DNA of 63,984 bases, the filler included, from Cladosporium halotolerans (Eukaryota), in NCBI RefSeq assembly GCF_011745625.1. It is 5 parts of 5 records of this genome, joined end to end, with 100 filler letters (N's around TTAATTAATTAA, not from the genome) between each part and the next. Parts side by side here need not be neighbours in the genome. Positions count along the whole stretch, not along the records: positions 1 to 15,668 come from NW_027191559.1; positions 15,769 to 31,213 come from NW_027191561.1; 3 more parts are not named here. One strand, given 5' to 3'. The number at the start of each line of letters is the position of its first letter. Position 1 is the stretch's first letter. The notes under the pieces were generated by a model that was not told the origin of the DNA, did no database searches, and was given only the letters and a program-made list of their open reading frames with translations. Shown here piece by piece: positions 11,376 to 23,758 of the stretch. The translations under genes and the position numbers were made by a program.

Positions 11376-12443
11376 GTCAAAAGAGCGACACTTGTTGTTC
11401 GGGGCACAGAAAAGTGAACAATTGCAAAAATTTCTCGTCAGAGAATAGACATTCTCGCTAGTTATTGTCAGCGCCGTTGGCGTGAAGATTTCAATGCGCG
11501 CACAGCATGCTGAAGTATGCCGGCGCTGACCTGGACCTCTTGCACACTTCTGCCTGATGCTGCCCTGAAGATTCAGCCGCAAAAGGCGCCAAGTGCATTG
11601 GCACACATTTCAGGACTCGTCAATATCCTGGTTCGCCCCAAAGGATGGACTTGACTGCCAAAGCCCTAGCCTCCAGATTGTATTGGGTAGCGTCGGCTGA
11701 AGATTAGAGCAGCATGTGAAGCGCGACCTGCACCTAGAAGCCAGGGGCTGTCATCGTCATCACTGACGCCACTAAATCAGCACTCAGGGTTGGCTGTGTC
11801 ACCCCGTTGCCTGGATGGCGTTCACACCTCCAATTCGCGAAGTCGGACGACGAAGACGTACCGACCGGGTTCCACAGCTGAAGCAAGCGCCACCTGCCAG
11901 GGATCGGGGTCATCCAAGCACGAACTCTAAGACAACATGAGATGGCACGTGCGAGCGGGCTCCCCATGGTCTCTTCGGCTGAACACTGAAGTTGAAGCGT
12001 GAACTACGGGCGAGGCGAGAAGGCCGACGTCCCGTTACTGGACCGTGCTTCTCCGAAGTGAAGAGACCGGATTTTGCTTGGAAAACCGTGCCTTCCGGAT
12101 CCTCCTCATGATCTTAAAATCCAGAAGATGGCCATCGCTGGCACGGTCGCGTGCTCACTGTTTGTTGCAGCAGATGCTGAGGAGATGCGAGTTTCGGTCT
12201 ACATGAATAGCATAGCCATCAAAGTGGAGTTTCATTGCCGCTTGATAATAAGACCCCATCGATACTCTACATCATCGGCGCCTTCACTACATGCGTGAGC
12301 ATCTATCACCCCTGACAGCCTTCGTTAAGGAGCAAGTCGTCTCAACCCTTCTTGCAGAGATACAGTTCCGGTCGGGTCACGCGATGCACAAAATTGTAGA
12401 GAACGCCAATTGAATGATCAGACTCCTCAGTCTCCGTGGCTGG

Positions 12444-13581
12444 TCAAGACCTCGGAGATGTTGTACATTTTTCGATTTCTTGGACGATCAGTTCTATGTC
12501 GGGCGTGTCAGTTTACCTGGGTACCAAGGTCTCCCAATACAGACTTACTTCTCACTTTATCTATGCTCAGACAAATGGGTTCACCGAAGTTCAGATAATC
12601 ACGAGGTATACGATGCGCTTCAGGTTCGTCGGCAGAATCGTGGTACACTCCGAGGTATGGATGTTCCAGGGCCATCCCTACACTGATGCGCTCGTCAGGA
12701 TTGAAGGACAACAGTCGGTCCAATATGTCGAGTGCTTGGTCGGAAGCACGCGGGAACAATCCTTTCCAAGACGTTTTCGACTTAAGCGGTAGTCGTTGAA
12801 TGTGCCTTTGCGCACTTTTGTCGAGCTTGTGAAAGTCCTTCGAATAAGGCGTCCCAATTACATCGAAAATTTGACCAAGCTGCTCCTCATGCCTGGTTCC
12901 AGAGAAGAGCCGTTTGCGGCCCAACATCTCGGCAAATATGCATCCAACGGCCCACATATCTACAGCCGTGGTGTATCTCTCCGGTGGAAGCATGATATCA
13001 GGTGCCCGATAGCAGAGGGAGCCGACTGGTCCAGTCGAAGTGCCCTTGGCAACATCGCTGTTCGTTGAAGGGCGCGCAGCACCAAAGCCGGACACCTTGA
13101 GGTCGCAATTGGTGTTGATCAGCAGGTTTGAAGGGTTGAGATTGCAGTGAACGATGCCAGCAGAATGTATTGCTTTCAACGCACGCAGGATTTGATAGAG
13201 GAAATACTGGCAGTGGTCGTCGGACAGTTCTTGATTGCCGTCCATTATGAGCGACTGCATGTCCGTTTCCATCAACTCTTGGACAATGTAGACCTCTTGA
13301 CAGGACTCAGAGTTGCGCGGTCGAGGGACGTCTAAGACCGGAATTATGTTTTCGTGGTGAAAGTGACGGAGCAGCTTGATCACGCACAAGACGCGCAGAC
13401 CGCATTCCAGATGTTCGAACGGGAGTGATCTGAGGATGGCGACTTGCTGCTGGGATTCTTTGTGTGATGCAGCAAAGACAGTGTGATAAACGCCTTCTGC
13501 CAGCCGGTCACAAAGGTCGTATTCAGCGCCGGGGTGGAAACCGCTGTTGGAGGACCAGGATTCACACTCGCCGCGAGGCAT
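12444..13581 (-). CDS. Fus3/Kss1/Pmk1-derived MAP kinase-like pseudokinase
   Basis: Colinear with Fus3-type MAPKs (EVYIVQELMETDM, LSDDHCQYFLYQILRALKAIHSA, HPYL..YHD..DEP). A GTAAGT intron near 12548 leads to a last exon LIVQEIEK..*. Catalytic motifs are substituted. Confidence 0.9.
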
Positions 13582-14260
13582 CTAGGGGTTGATGCGGGCA
13601 GTTTCTCACTTTGGCGGAGCTGACCATCAAGAGTAGTTACCCATGTTGATATTTTGCAGTCTCTCTTGTATGGTGTGTGGGTCGACTAACAAGGTTGACG
13701 GGTGCCAAATGAAGTTATGGAGATGACGTGAAGGTCGTGGATGCCGAGTACTTTGAGGGTAGCATTTAAAACCGCTCCTGAAGAATAGTGATAGTCAATG
13801 CCATGCTAGTTTAGCAGAGTGTCTTACGATACCGCAAAAGACATCGGGCGTCCAGCATCAAGACTGCGCCGTCTTGGCATGACGACTCCCGAGGACCAGA
13901 TTCACTAGCTCGATGGATCAAAGTATCACATAGTAGGCGAGGTAGGCGAAGCAAAGCTGGCGGCTGAGGGCAGGGGCGAGGGCAGGCACGCAAACGTTGA
14001 TGGTCAGCGATCAAGGTCGAGAGCGTTTCACAGCAGCGCCTCGAGCTCGGCTCGCTTCATCAAAGCGTCTGCAGCTGCATTCGATCTGTCATCAAGAGCT
14101 ACCCAGCAACAAGGCGATCGGCACAGGTGCAGTGAGTACAGTTATGGACAAGGCGATCTCGAGGACAACATATCGTGCATTCCACTGCGCGCGCTTCTGG
14201 ATTGATTCTCAATTTAGTGCATTTGACACCAGGTCGCACGTGGTCTGAGCGAATCCAAGA

Positions 14261-14697
14261 CTACTCCTCCTCATGCGTGAACACCAGCACCTCGAAACCC
14301 GTGTCTCCTCTAAGTTTGAGCGGAATCACTTTCTTCGCATCTTCCGCGTTCGCCATCAGCACTTCTTTTGTGGACTTGTTGTAGATATAGAACTGCGTAG
14401 ATGCGGGTGGCGACGTACACAACACTGCAGGATGTCAGTCAAGGCGAGATTTCCGAGGCACCTGCTTACAGCAATTTTGCTGCACCCTTTTTCTGAGAGA
14501 TCGTGAGCATGTGAAGAGGAAGCCAGGCGGAAAAGCACTCACCCAAAAGAATAATTGACCAGTGTGCTTGTGTCGCAGCGCTTATCATGTCCATAGTCGT
14601 TCATCATACCTGGTCGGCTCGGCAACTCGTGCAGTAAGTGGAATAAGTAATGATAAGAGCAGTACGTGATCCGTTTGCTGTGACACCTCATTTTCAT
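14261..14697 (-). CDS. Small multi-exon hypothetical protein
   Basis: GTGAGT (~14541) and GTAAGC (~14469) donors with CAG acceptors link short exons to a terminal exon ..TQFYIYNKSTKEVLMANAEDAKKVIPLKLRGDTGFEVLVFTHEEE*. No family recognised. Confidence 0.35.
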
Positions 14698-15569
14698 TCG
14701 CCGCAAAATGATGTTGCGCGAGAGCACTGGCCAAAAACGAAGCGTAGGGCGCGATGTATGTTGGATGGAATGTGTAAGAGGAGGTGTATCCTCTCCTATC
14801 TAGTGCGGTAAAGACGATACATATGTAGCCCTCCTGAAACCGTGGCGTGTCGCAGATGCGACGCATGGCTGCCTCAGGAAGGGACTGCATTGCAACAATG
14901 TAGCTGATCGATGTGGTCGTGAGAGTTCGCGCGGCCTTGGAAGACTGAACAATATATCGTCGGCTGCGGGGTCGTATCACACAGCTGACCGGGCTGCTGC
15001 TTTGATCGTGGTCGCGAGGGTAGATTAAACGCTTTGAGGATACGACAATAGACATAGCCCATGCCAATGCAGTGCTGACGGCTTTGGCCCACTTCAAGAT
15101 ATGACCGAATCAAGTTGAGACCTTTAGGTAGTCAAAGGTCTGAAGCTTTCCGAACGCGACATCCGCGGCCGGCGCGGTGAGGCCAATAAGTGGCTGTCGC
15201 CTGCACTCTTTCTCGAACGCACTTGAGGACACTGTCTAGCGACTCGCAGATGTTGACCACCACGAGCGGGAGGCGTGAGCTCCAGATGCTTTGAACTCAC
15301 ACAATCATCTCGCGTTGTCCTCCTGTCTGGGTTCAAGAGCCAGTGCTCTTACTTATGCCGTGGCCACACGGAAGGGGAGCCGCTTGGATTGGTCCTCATC
15401 AATAACAGCCGACCCGTCATATCTCTGATCTATCTCGCGCCCGTGCCGCGTGATCTTACCTATTTGACATCTCAGCCTTGACGCGATAGACTTAACAGTC
15501 TCTCATATCATAGCTTTCGTTAGGGGAATGTTGCCCAAGTACATGTGTATATCATCCTCGAAGGAGCGC

Positions 15570-15668
15570 TGATGATGATGATGATGATTTTCATTCAGGC
15601 TATGCACGGAGACCGTATGAGCCGTCCCTAATCGCTACCTAACATTACAACGAAAGTCGCCTTGCACT
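15570..15668 (-). mobile_element. Probable 3' end of a LINE (Tad1-like) cut by the contig end
   Basis: The minus strand ends ..GCCTGAATGAAA(ATC)6, a microsatellite tail typical of fungal LINE 3' ends, directly at a contig break. No coding part is visible. Confidence 0.5.
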
Positions 15669-15768
15669 NNNNNNNNNNNNNNNNNNNNNNNNNNNNNNNN
15701 NNNNNNNNNNNNTTAATTAATTAANNNNNNNNNNNNNNNNNNNNNNNNNNNNNNNNNNNNNNNNNNNN
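15669..15768. other. Artificial contig linker
   Basis: N44-TTAATTAATTAA-N44 (stops in all six frames). Confidence 0.99.
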
Positions 15769-16008
15769 GTGGGCCAGCGGCTTCCTTCTCTTTGTGTACC
15801 GACATGCGCATCCGTCCTTTCGAGCCACGCAGACGGTGTCAGCCGTCGCCGCCATTGCGTGCTACGCTCCGCGGCCGAAGCCGTTTCGCGTTACCTCGGG
15901 AGGTCTCCCTCGTCGAGGCCGACCATGTCTCGCCGCGTGGGATCGAGGCAGCGCCCTAGCCAGCGGCGAAGCCCTTTTGCCCACCCGACTAACCAACCCT
16001 ATTCTCGC

Positions 16009-16345
16009 GTCTTAACAAGTCCGTCGCAGAGGGGACCTGTCCCTCGAAAGGGCACACCCCTCGTGTCTTAACAGATCCGCAGAGCGGTGGTCTGTCTCCT
16101 AAGGAGGAGCACAAAAGCTGTGTCTTAACAAGTTCTCTGCGCCGGTGGCCTGTCCCCTCGCTTTCGCGCGCGACTTCTACACCGCAACGGGGCACAAGTC
16201 GGCTACCCTCGCCAGCACGCCAGCCAACTGCTTACATGCGGTGCTGATCCCAGAGCGCTCGTAGGTCAGGGGTGTCCTGTCTCTTGTCTAGCTCGATTGC
16301 ACTTCCGCCGGCCTTGTTGTCTTAACAGTGTCCCTGTCCCCGTCC
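16009..16345 (+). repeat. Degenerate ~56-bp tandem units marked by GTCTTAACA...CTGTCYC
   Basis: GTCTTAACA occurs at 16009, 16065, 16122 and 16319, each followed by a CTGTCCC/CTGTCTC motif. Confidence 0.75.
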
Positions 16346-16832
16346 GTCTCTTTCGAGCAGCTGTGCGACCAGCCACTAGGGGCAACAAGTGATGCGCCGG
16401 CTTCGGGCCCAGGTCGACGTTCTGGGTAGGCAAGAGTCGGATGGTTTTCTTACGCCAGTATCCCCTGGTTTGTGATGGGTTTCTTGACTTTGTTCACTGC
16501 TGTTCGTTCTGTCGCTCCTGGTCAGCTGGTGTCCTGAAGTTGATGATTCTTACCTCTGCTGGGGTGCGCCATCTAGCAAGAGAAGCAAATCCATCGACAG
16601 GCGACACCTCCCGAGCTTTCGCCCGGTACCCCAGTGCGAGTGAGGTAGATGGATGTGCTAGACGGTTCTTGTAGCTGAGGTCATCACCGTCGCGTCGTGC
16701 TCCGCCGGCTTCACCGACCGGGCGCGCCGCGGCGGCGGGACCTTTTCGCGTCTTCGTCCAGGACGAGACCTTTTACGTGTCTTTGCCTAGGACAGGCTGC
16801 TTTTTAGGCCATCCCAAGGCAGCCGTGTTTTT

Positions 16833-16875
16833 GTGACCAACTTTCCCACCTGACCAACTACCCCGCGGATTACGT
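16833..16875 (-). mobile_element. pogo/Fot1-type terminal inverted repeat (element body to the left)
   Basis: The reverse complement reads TA+ACGTAATCCGCGGGGTAGTTGGTCAGGTGGGAAAGTTGGTCAC, with an ACGT start, a TA target and an internal direct repeat AGTTGGTCA x2. Confidence 0.75.
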
Positions 16876-16932
16876 TATCTAAATCTTCGGCACAACCTCG
16901 CCCGGCCCGGAGAATGCCATTTTCCATTCCAC

Positions 16933-17628
16933 ATGGTGACTGGATCTAATCGCAGCCAGCGCCATCGCGGTTCGTCGCTCTTTTGAACTTCTACTCATCA
17001 ACCAAGTCTCATCGTGCCAGCAAAATCGTCACATCATCCCCGAAGCGGCGCCCTCGAAAGGCCTATCCGCAGTCCGCAAACCTCTTCACCTTGTATGCCA
17101 GACACCACCTCTGCAATGCCGTCCCCGCGTTCCTCACCCGCCATGCACCCAAAATCCCCCCTCTCCCCCCGCTACGAGACCGCGCGCCTCGACACCGTGC
17201 AACCGCCCTCACCTCGCGCCGTCCACCATCGCACGAATAGAAACTCACGAAGTGCCAACAAGCAATCTATCATGCTCCCCACCCTCCCTCGCTTCCACCC
17301 GGCCAACTTTCCCTCTGCAGACAGTATCGACCAGAGCACGCCGGGTGCTGGCGCCAGCTCGCTTCAAGTCTCTATCTCGGACCATAGCCATCAGCGCAAG
17401 TATTCAGGCGCGCAGAAGCAGCTGTTCATGTACCAGCGAGAGAAAACCGCGGCAGTCACGCGGTCCTCTCGCGAAGATAACCCCGCGAGCCCTCGCCTGG
17501 TGCCTCTCAGCAGCCCAGGGCCCGTGACGCCGTTGGAGCTGGAGCAAAGTGAGGGTTACCTTGGAGCGGGCAAGACCAAGGATAGGAGCAAGCCGCCTGC
17601 AGACCCAGGGAGCTCAGGAAAAAGCTGA
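16933..17628 (+). pseudogene. Conserved Ser/Pro-rich fungal hypothetical protein, 5' disrupted
   Basis: Motifs LPTLPRFHPANF, AQKQLFMYQRE and PASPRLVPLSSPGPVTPLELE. There is an in-frame TGA at 16984 and a TIR just upstream. Confidence 0.6.
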
Positions 17629-20476
17629 ACTGGGAGCAGATGACGGGGTCATTCCTTCGTCGGAGGAAAGACGGGCAGAGCGATGAGCACGATAAGCGGC
17701 TCAGGCGAACAGTAGATGAGTATCTAGGCGACGGCACATGCCTTTGATGAGTAAGAGGCTTAGCATGCTAGCGTACAGCAAGAGCATAACTCAGTCACAG
17801 CATTGCCGGTTCGATGTCTCGGTTCCAGGTTGAATGATTATGTCGTAAAAGGGCAGACTGATTGCGGTAGCCCGGCTCAGTAACTCGGTCCAATAGGCGC
17901 GTTGGAAGAGGCAGAAGATAGGCTGTGGAGAGGTCTGATGTGGGCAAACGAAGAGAGAGCGGTTCGAGATTCCGCTCGAGAGGTTCCAAGACGACGTGAC
18001 TTCGACGAAGCAAGGGGCATCGTTCATTGGTAATGCCAACAACGGGCTGTATAGCGAGGGTGGACGCTCACACACGCGATGGCAGACGCATGCGGTCCAG
18101 AAGTGCGTCAGCAAGGCAGGCGGTCAAGAAATGCCAGCACGCAGGCATTCAAGGAAGCTCGATCGGCTCAGAGAGTGGCTTCTGTTCTGTGTGCATCTGG
18201 CCGGCGGACAACTAGCGCGGTGGACGTAATCACGCCCGTGCCGTTCACAGTTGGCTTTCAACGGGACCGCAATATCTATATGATACCAGGACATATGGTG
18301 GTCGTTGTCACGATGAGGCGAAACATGAAGATGGGTAGCAATTGCCTAATGGGGGAGTGGTTACCAATGGTAGGTTTGGTTTTTGCCCCAAAAGCGTAAC
18401 CAACCTAACCATTAATTTCACTGCGTGGTATTCGCGAGGCAAATATCTGGATCGGTCGGACTGGGAACGCCAATTCAAATTCGTGCCATCAAACGAGTTC
18501 CGCTGCTGAATTATTGCAGAATACGCATTTCCTTTGTCGTAATAGCCAGCAACCATATGTGGTCCGGACATGTGCAGCTCGCCGGGCGTCCCACGGCTGA
18601 CGACCTCCTCGCTTGCCTGAGAACAAACAGAGCCTGAGGCCTTCCCTGACGATCTCCTCGCCCTGACCACGATGGGAGTTGTTCTTCGGAAGAGCTACCG
18701 AATCGCTCGGTAGTCACCGCGCTTGCGCCGTGTGCAAGAACATCCGGCATCAAGGGATCTGCGCCGCCTACGTAGCGTTGGGTGTAGAACTGACGTGACC
18801 TGATTTTGCTCGAAATTATGCTTCAATCTGGTACTAACAATGACCCTGTTAGTGACAAAGTTGGAAAAAGGTAATAATGACGTTACCTGCATATAGCCGA
18901 GCTGAAGCCCCGAAAGCACACCCCAACCAGGGATCGCAAATGGAGCGGAGTGTGATCCGTACCGCAAAACGCAGCTCAGCTCTGTAATAAACAGCCACCC
19001 CTCGCGGTGAACGCATGATGGAGAAGATCCCACGGCAAGCCAAATGTCACCGGCCGCATGTGGAAAGCACGTTGCAAAATTATGACATAAGAGTGGCACA
19101 CTCCCTGCCGCCCGTGTGCTTGGGGTTGCAAGCTTCGAATGGGAAAGTGGCTTTAAACGACAAACTGCCGGCAAGCATACGGAGACGTTACGATAGCCGT
19201 TGAATTGCGAACTAGCCTTATCCCCGGTGACGTTTATGCAATCCTGCCGCAGGGTGGGAAAAGCACGCGTATCGGCACGTCGCCCAGGCTCGCGAGTGTG
19301 TCGGCCGGTGTCGTTGGGCGTGATCAGCCTGCTATCGCTGTTATACTGGGCACGAGTCCAGTCTCTGGCATTCCGCATCGCAGGCTGCTCGTTGAAGCAC
19401 CATTTTTCTCACTGTCTCTCGATCCATGGATACACTGGATGATTTCATATGCCACCGAATTTGGGCAGATCACTGATAGAGAAGCTGGCGTGTAGCCGCA
19501 TAGGCTGCGGAGCTGGTTACGAAGCCGCCAATTTCCGCGCAAGGATGCAGAACGAAGGGCCGCATGCGCAAAGCGGAAGAGACGGGCAGTCCCATTGACC
19601 AATGCAAGCCGTCAGAAAGACCGAGTCGCCTCCGCACCCGCCTCCGCGAAAGCTGTTCGGTTCTCAAGCGTGATAGGGAGTTGAGTCAGTCGAAGGAATT
19701 AAGGCACAAGCGACCGGGCACGGGCTTGAATCCCCTCGCGTAGACGGTTCTTGCGGAATTGGGACTGGAGGCCGTGCCTCGTCGGCCGCTTTGGCATTTA
19801 CGCAGCATGCTGATTCTGAGCATTCTGGTCGATATTTGTGGAGAGGCCGGGGCGTCTCCGCGTTACTTTTCAATGCCCTCTTTTATTGTCCGGGCCCAGA
19901 GCGAGAAGTGTTACTGGGCTTGCAGCGTCTTGAGAGCGGGGAGACTGATCGGTCGATGCGAGCCTGTGCCGCAGTATAGCGAGAGGGGATTTCGTTCAAT
20001 TTTGAGGGGCCAGCTCCGTCTCAGGTCATAGTTCCTAATTGGCTTCTATAGTACGGCCACATGCTTGTACTCCGCTGCAGGAAGGCTTGCTAACCCCAAA
20101 GCGCGCGTCAGACTTGCCATCATAATGGATTCGTGGAACAGCAGGAAACTCTTCTTTGCGCGTGCAGAACTGTGATTGCCCCAGTCCCGTATGGCGCCAG
20201 TCGTTGGCTACAGTCAAAGAATGCTTCTCTGCGCATCAGCCTGGGATCACCGCGTGGCGACAGGGACGACACAGCGTCGACCCTCCCAAAGCCACATGAC
20301 GACCCGCAGTCTGTACAGCCGCTGAGGCGCTGAGCATTCCTCTTAGGCAGGGCGTAAATCAACGTATGCGTTATCAGGACTTGCACTTCCTAAGTTCAAC
20401 ACTCACCTCTGCCTACTGCTCTGTAAAACTTCACCCACACATCACGCTAGCCCACTGGCCCCTCACCGTCTAAACC

Positions 20477-21412
20477 ATGGAGACAATGAACATGCCACTC
20501 CTCGACAGTGCGGGCCCAACGAGGCTCTTTGATGCTGTCATTGAGAGCCGACCGCACGACATGTTTCCAGACCTGAACGTCGGCGCCTTTCAGCCAGAAG
20601 CACAGAAGGATTCCCTAGTGTTCGCACCAGCAGTCAATTGGCAGGCCATTGGTGACGCTGGCCTCGCCGGGTATGTTCATCGGCTTACACGGCTACTTGG
20701 AGCCTCCGCTGACCCTCCTCTTAGCCTCCCGCAAACAGAAGCAGCTGCGCCAACGTTCACAGCGCCCAGCACATCTGATCAGAGCTACGGATCGCTGATC
20801 CAAACGGTTGACTCGACGGACTTGTGGCCAGACACCAATGCGGCACCCGGCGACTTCCGCAATGAGCCAGCTTCGACAAGCGACTACACCCGGGAACGAG
20901 CGCCCACGGAGTCGCTATCATCAAAAGCACTTCGCCCACGTCCCTCCAAAGACCAACGCGACAGCCACACGAGCCCGCAACGCCGCCAACCGAAGGCACA
21001 GCAAAGCGAAAGCCCGAAAGACAGCCACCACGACGAAGAGGATGCCGCCGAAGCAGGATCCGCCAGCCCTCCAGCCACAGACAGGAAAATGCAACGCCTC
21101 CGCGAAAAGAACAAACTGGCAGCCGCCAAATGTCGCTCGCGGCAGCGCAAGCAAGTCCAAACCATTGAGTCGAAATGCAATCACCTGAGCGCGGCGAACG
21201 GCGAGCTGAAACGACAAGTCCACGACCTGGCCGGCGAGCTCAACGGCCTGCGTGCTTTCGCCTTACAGCACCAAGGCTGCAACTGCCCCGTGGCGGGCTA
21301 TAATCTCAACCAAGCGAAGCGTGTCGCGGCGGACTTGCAAGTCTTCGGCACGACCGGAGTCGAAGTGCAGCAGAAGCAGCAGCTGCGGAGGCAGAGCGGC
21401 CTCGGAGTCTGA
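20477..21412 (+). CDS. bZIP transcription factor (ATF/CREB-like), probable intron ~20671-20724
   Basis: Basic region RKMQRLREKNKLAAAKCRSRQRK, a leucine zipper, and a C-terminal LQHQGCNC..I/V..Y typical of fungal Atf-like bZIPs. Confidence 0.9.
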   Translation: METMNMPLLDSAGPTRLFDAVIESRPHDMFPDLNVGAFQPEAQKDSLVFAPAVNWQAIGDAGLAGYVHRLTRLLGASADPPLSLPQTEAAAPTFTAPSTSDQSYGSLIQTVDSTDLWPDTNAAPGDFRNEPASTSDYTRERAPTESLSSKALRPRPSKDQRDSHTSPQRRQPKAQQSESPKDSHHDEEDAAEAGSASPPATDRKMQRLREKNKLAAAKCRSRQRKQVQTIESKCNHLSAANGELKRQVHDLAGELNGLRAFALQHQGCNCPVAGYNLNQAKRVAADLQVFGTTGVEVQQKQQLRRQSGLGV

Positions 21413-22249
21413 ACTGCTTTTGCTGGAGCGTGCGAGTGATGAGCAGCCGCTGGCCAGGGATCATGGGCCAAACCCTGGTTCTGGCGAACGACGCATCACA
21501 CGAATGAGGGTGGGTCCCAGGAGGGGTCGGTGTCGGAGCCAACACCGGCGCCCGGCTCGACTAATCCTGGAGCTCTACCTGGGCCCGCAAGCCATGCTTC
21601 TCTGTCTCTGGTTATGAGTTTACGAGAAACAACACAGCAACAACGTACCTTACCTTACCGGCGACCTTGCTGGTAGTAGCGATACAGCGCAAAATGCTCC
21701 TATACATCCACATCAATAACTCCCCACGCCAACTTCCCAGCCCAGACTCAGCGCCTCTGATCTGCACAACCGACCCACACGCAGCTATGAAGCTCCCAGA
21801 ACCCACCTGACGTCCAAAACAGAGTTTCAGCAGCACTCAACTCCTTCGGCCGCGGAGCAACGGTCCGTAAAGCGCTGCAAGCATGCCTGTCTACCTTAGG
21901 TATAGAAGACGCAATGCCTCGCGTCCGCGACCGCATATCGCGTGGTTGCGACCCCACAATAAAGGTTACCTTCTCCAAAGAGACGCGCTTCAGGAGAAGT
22001 GGGTTCTGCGGCTGCCAATGGCTTGCTGCAAGCAGGAGAGCGCAGTCTTCTCCACAAGGTTGGAAGCGAGGGCGATCAGGGTGTGGCGAGCTTGGATATT
22101 CCTCGGAGATGGTGGCGTGTTCCGACTACTGGTCATGGCACGCATGGGTGCCCTGCTCTACCCTGCTGTTACCGACCTCGCCGACCACCACGACGATGGA
22201 AGTGACCACAGCCACCGAACATGGCCGGCTTGATGGCTCAAAGATTCCA

Positions 22250-23136
22250 TTATCGACTCACGCCTCTGCTGCACTTCCCCTTGCTTCCTGGCCTTCTCCT
22301 TGGTTCGCTCTTGAGCTCTAAGCTCTCTGTTCCGCACTAGCTGCTCCTTTTCTTGCTCCCTGCCCATTGCAAGGCCTCGAGCTCGCCGAAATATGGTTAG
22401 GCTCGTTATGAGCGTGCCAGACCCTTCATGCGACCTCATCCTTTTTCTGTATCTACTTCTTCCTCTGCTCTAGCCTGAGAGCTGTGCCAAGATGCTTGTT
22501 CCGCAGTACTCAACAACTCAAGCTTTGCAGATAGACCGAGTACGGTATCGCCGAGCTTCTCGAGCGTTCTCTGCGTTTCTCTGCGTTTCTCTGTGTTTCT
22601 CTGTCACTTCCTGCCACACTGCTATTGCGAAAAGTCCGGAGCCTCTTGGCCTTCGAAGGCGAGTCGAACGTACTGCTCAAGCTGCCGCTAGCTGGCCCTC
22701 GGCCGACTGACCCCCTGGTGTCTCTTCATCTGCCGTAGAGAACATCGAGAGCACTTTTGGGATCGAAAAGCAGGACTCCCGCCTTAGACCATGCAGATGC
22801 TATGATCTTCTCTGTAAACGCTTTCTCAAACGATGGCCAGAAGATTGCAAAGGGATCTCGCTTGCTCATCGTTGTACGGCCTTCTGACTGTCGGATAAGG
22901 CTGTCCAGTCCTTGGCTGTAATGGTGAGCTAGAGGCGCGAACACGGCTCACATCCAGAGGCTGCAATCTGTGTGTGGAGTGAGGTGGGCAGATGGCGATC
23001 AAGATCCTGTGTTGCTTACACCAATTGAGGAACTTCATGCTGAGGTGTGAGCCGTGACCGTCGACAAACAGCAGCCGCCATGACCTCTTCGCTTTGACAG
23101 CTGTTTCCTTCTCGAACAGGCCGGTCAGCCAGCTGT
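22250..23136 (-). pseudogene. Fot1/pogo DDE_1 transposase fragment, frameshifted
   Basis: WRLLFVDGHGSHLSMKFLNWC...PPHSTHRLQPLDVS / FAPL...AFTEKIIASAWSKAGV, followed by a basic coiled-coil tail. Confidence 0.9.
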
Positions 23137-23758
23137 AAGAGCCTTACATTGCACGATCTCGAAACAAGCGTACGGAATGGAAATTGGGCAACGCAATCGC
23201 ACAACGAGCCCACGTTGGACGAGGCCTTCAATGCAGCAGACAACGTCTATCTGATCTTTTCGGCCAATAGGTCCGGCGAGTACTTTGGCTACGCGCGTAT
23301 GGCTTCCTCAATTGCTAGCGGGACAGTGCCAGCAGGATCAGCACCTATTTTTCAGCTTCCAACTCCAAGCGACGGTCCGAAATCTATTCCCACACCCGCC
23401 ACCGAAACCGCTCCTCGCGGTCGCGTTGTTGACGACTCGACCCGCGGAACTATCTTTTGAGAAATAGTGTTGGCAGATGATGAGGGTGCGTCATCGAATA
23501 AGGAGCTTGAAGAAGAGAATGGTGGCCAGGATCTGGGACGCCCCTTTCAAATCGAATAGCTCTCAACAGCACGACTTCCGTTCTACCGCACTCGTGGCTT
23601 GCGCAATCCTTGGAATGCAAACAGGGAAGTCAAAATTGCAAGAGACGGGACAGAAATAGAACCCTCGATTGGTAAACGTCTGGTGCAGATGTTCCATCGG
23701 CCTGCGCGAATGGGCGCTCCGCCGAACCTAACGCAGCCAGATGGTATGCCGTACTAGA
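23137..23758 (+). pseudogene. YTH (m6A reader) domain gene fragment
   Basis: KSLTLHDLETSVRNGNWATQSHNE...VYLIFSANRSGEYFGYARM...PF..*..RLPFYRTRGLRNPWNANREVKIARDGTEIEP. Two Trp codons have become stops (TGA ~23458, TAG ~23557), and the N-terminus is missing. Confidence 0.9.

Noticed and set aside
15669..15768. TTAATTAATTAA motif recurring four times within N runs
   Set aside because: Artificial six-frame-stop linker from assembly concatenation, not a biological repeat.
16009..16345. CRISPR-like array
   Set aside because: Eukaryotic context, the conserved block is only 9 bp, the intervening sequences are partly related, and there are no cas genes.
17750..20450. Many short overlapping ORFs upstream of the bZIP gene
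   Set aside because: No domain or splice support. They are likely chance ORFs in a long GC-rich intergenic region.
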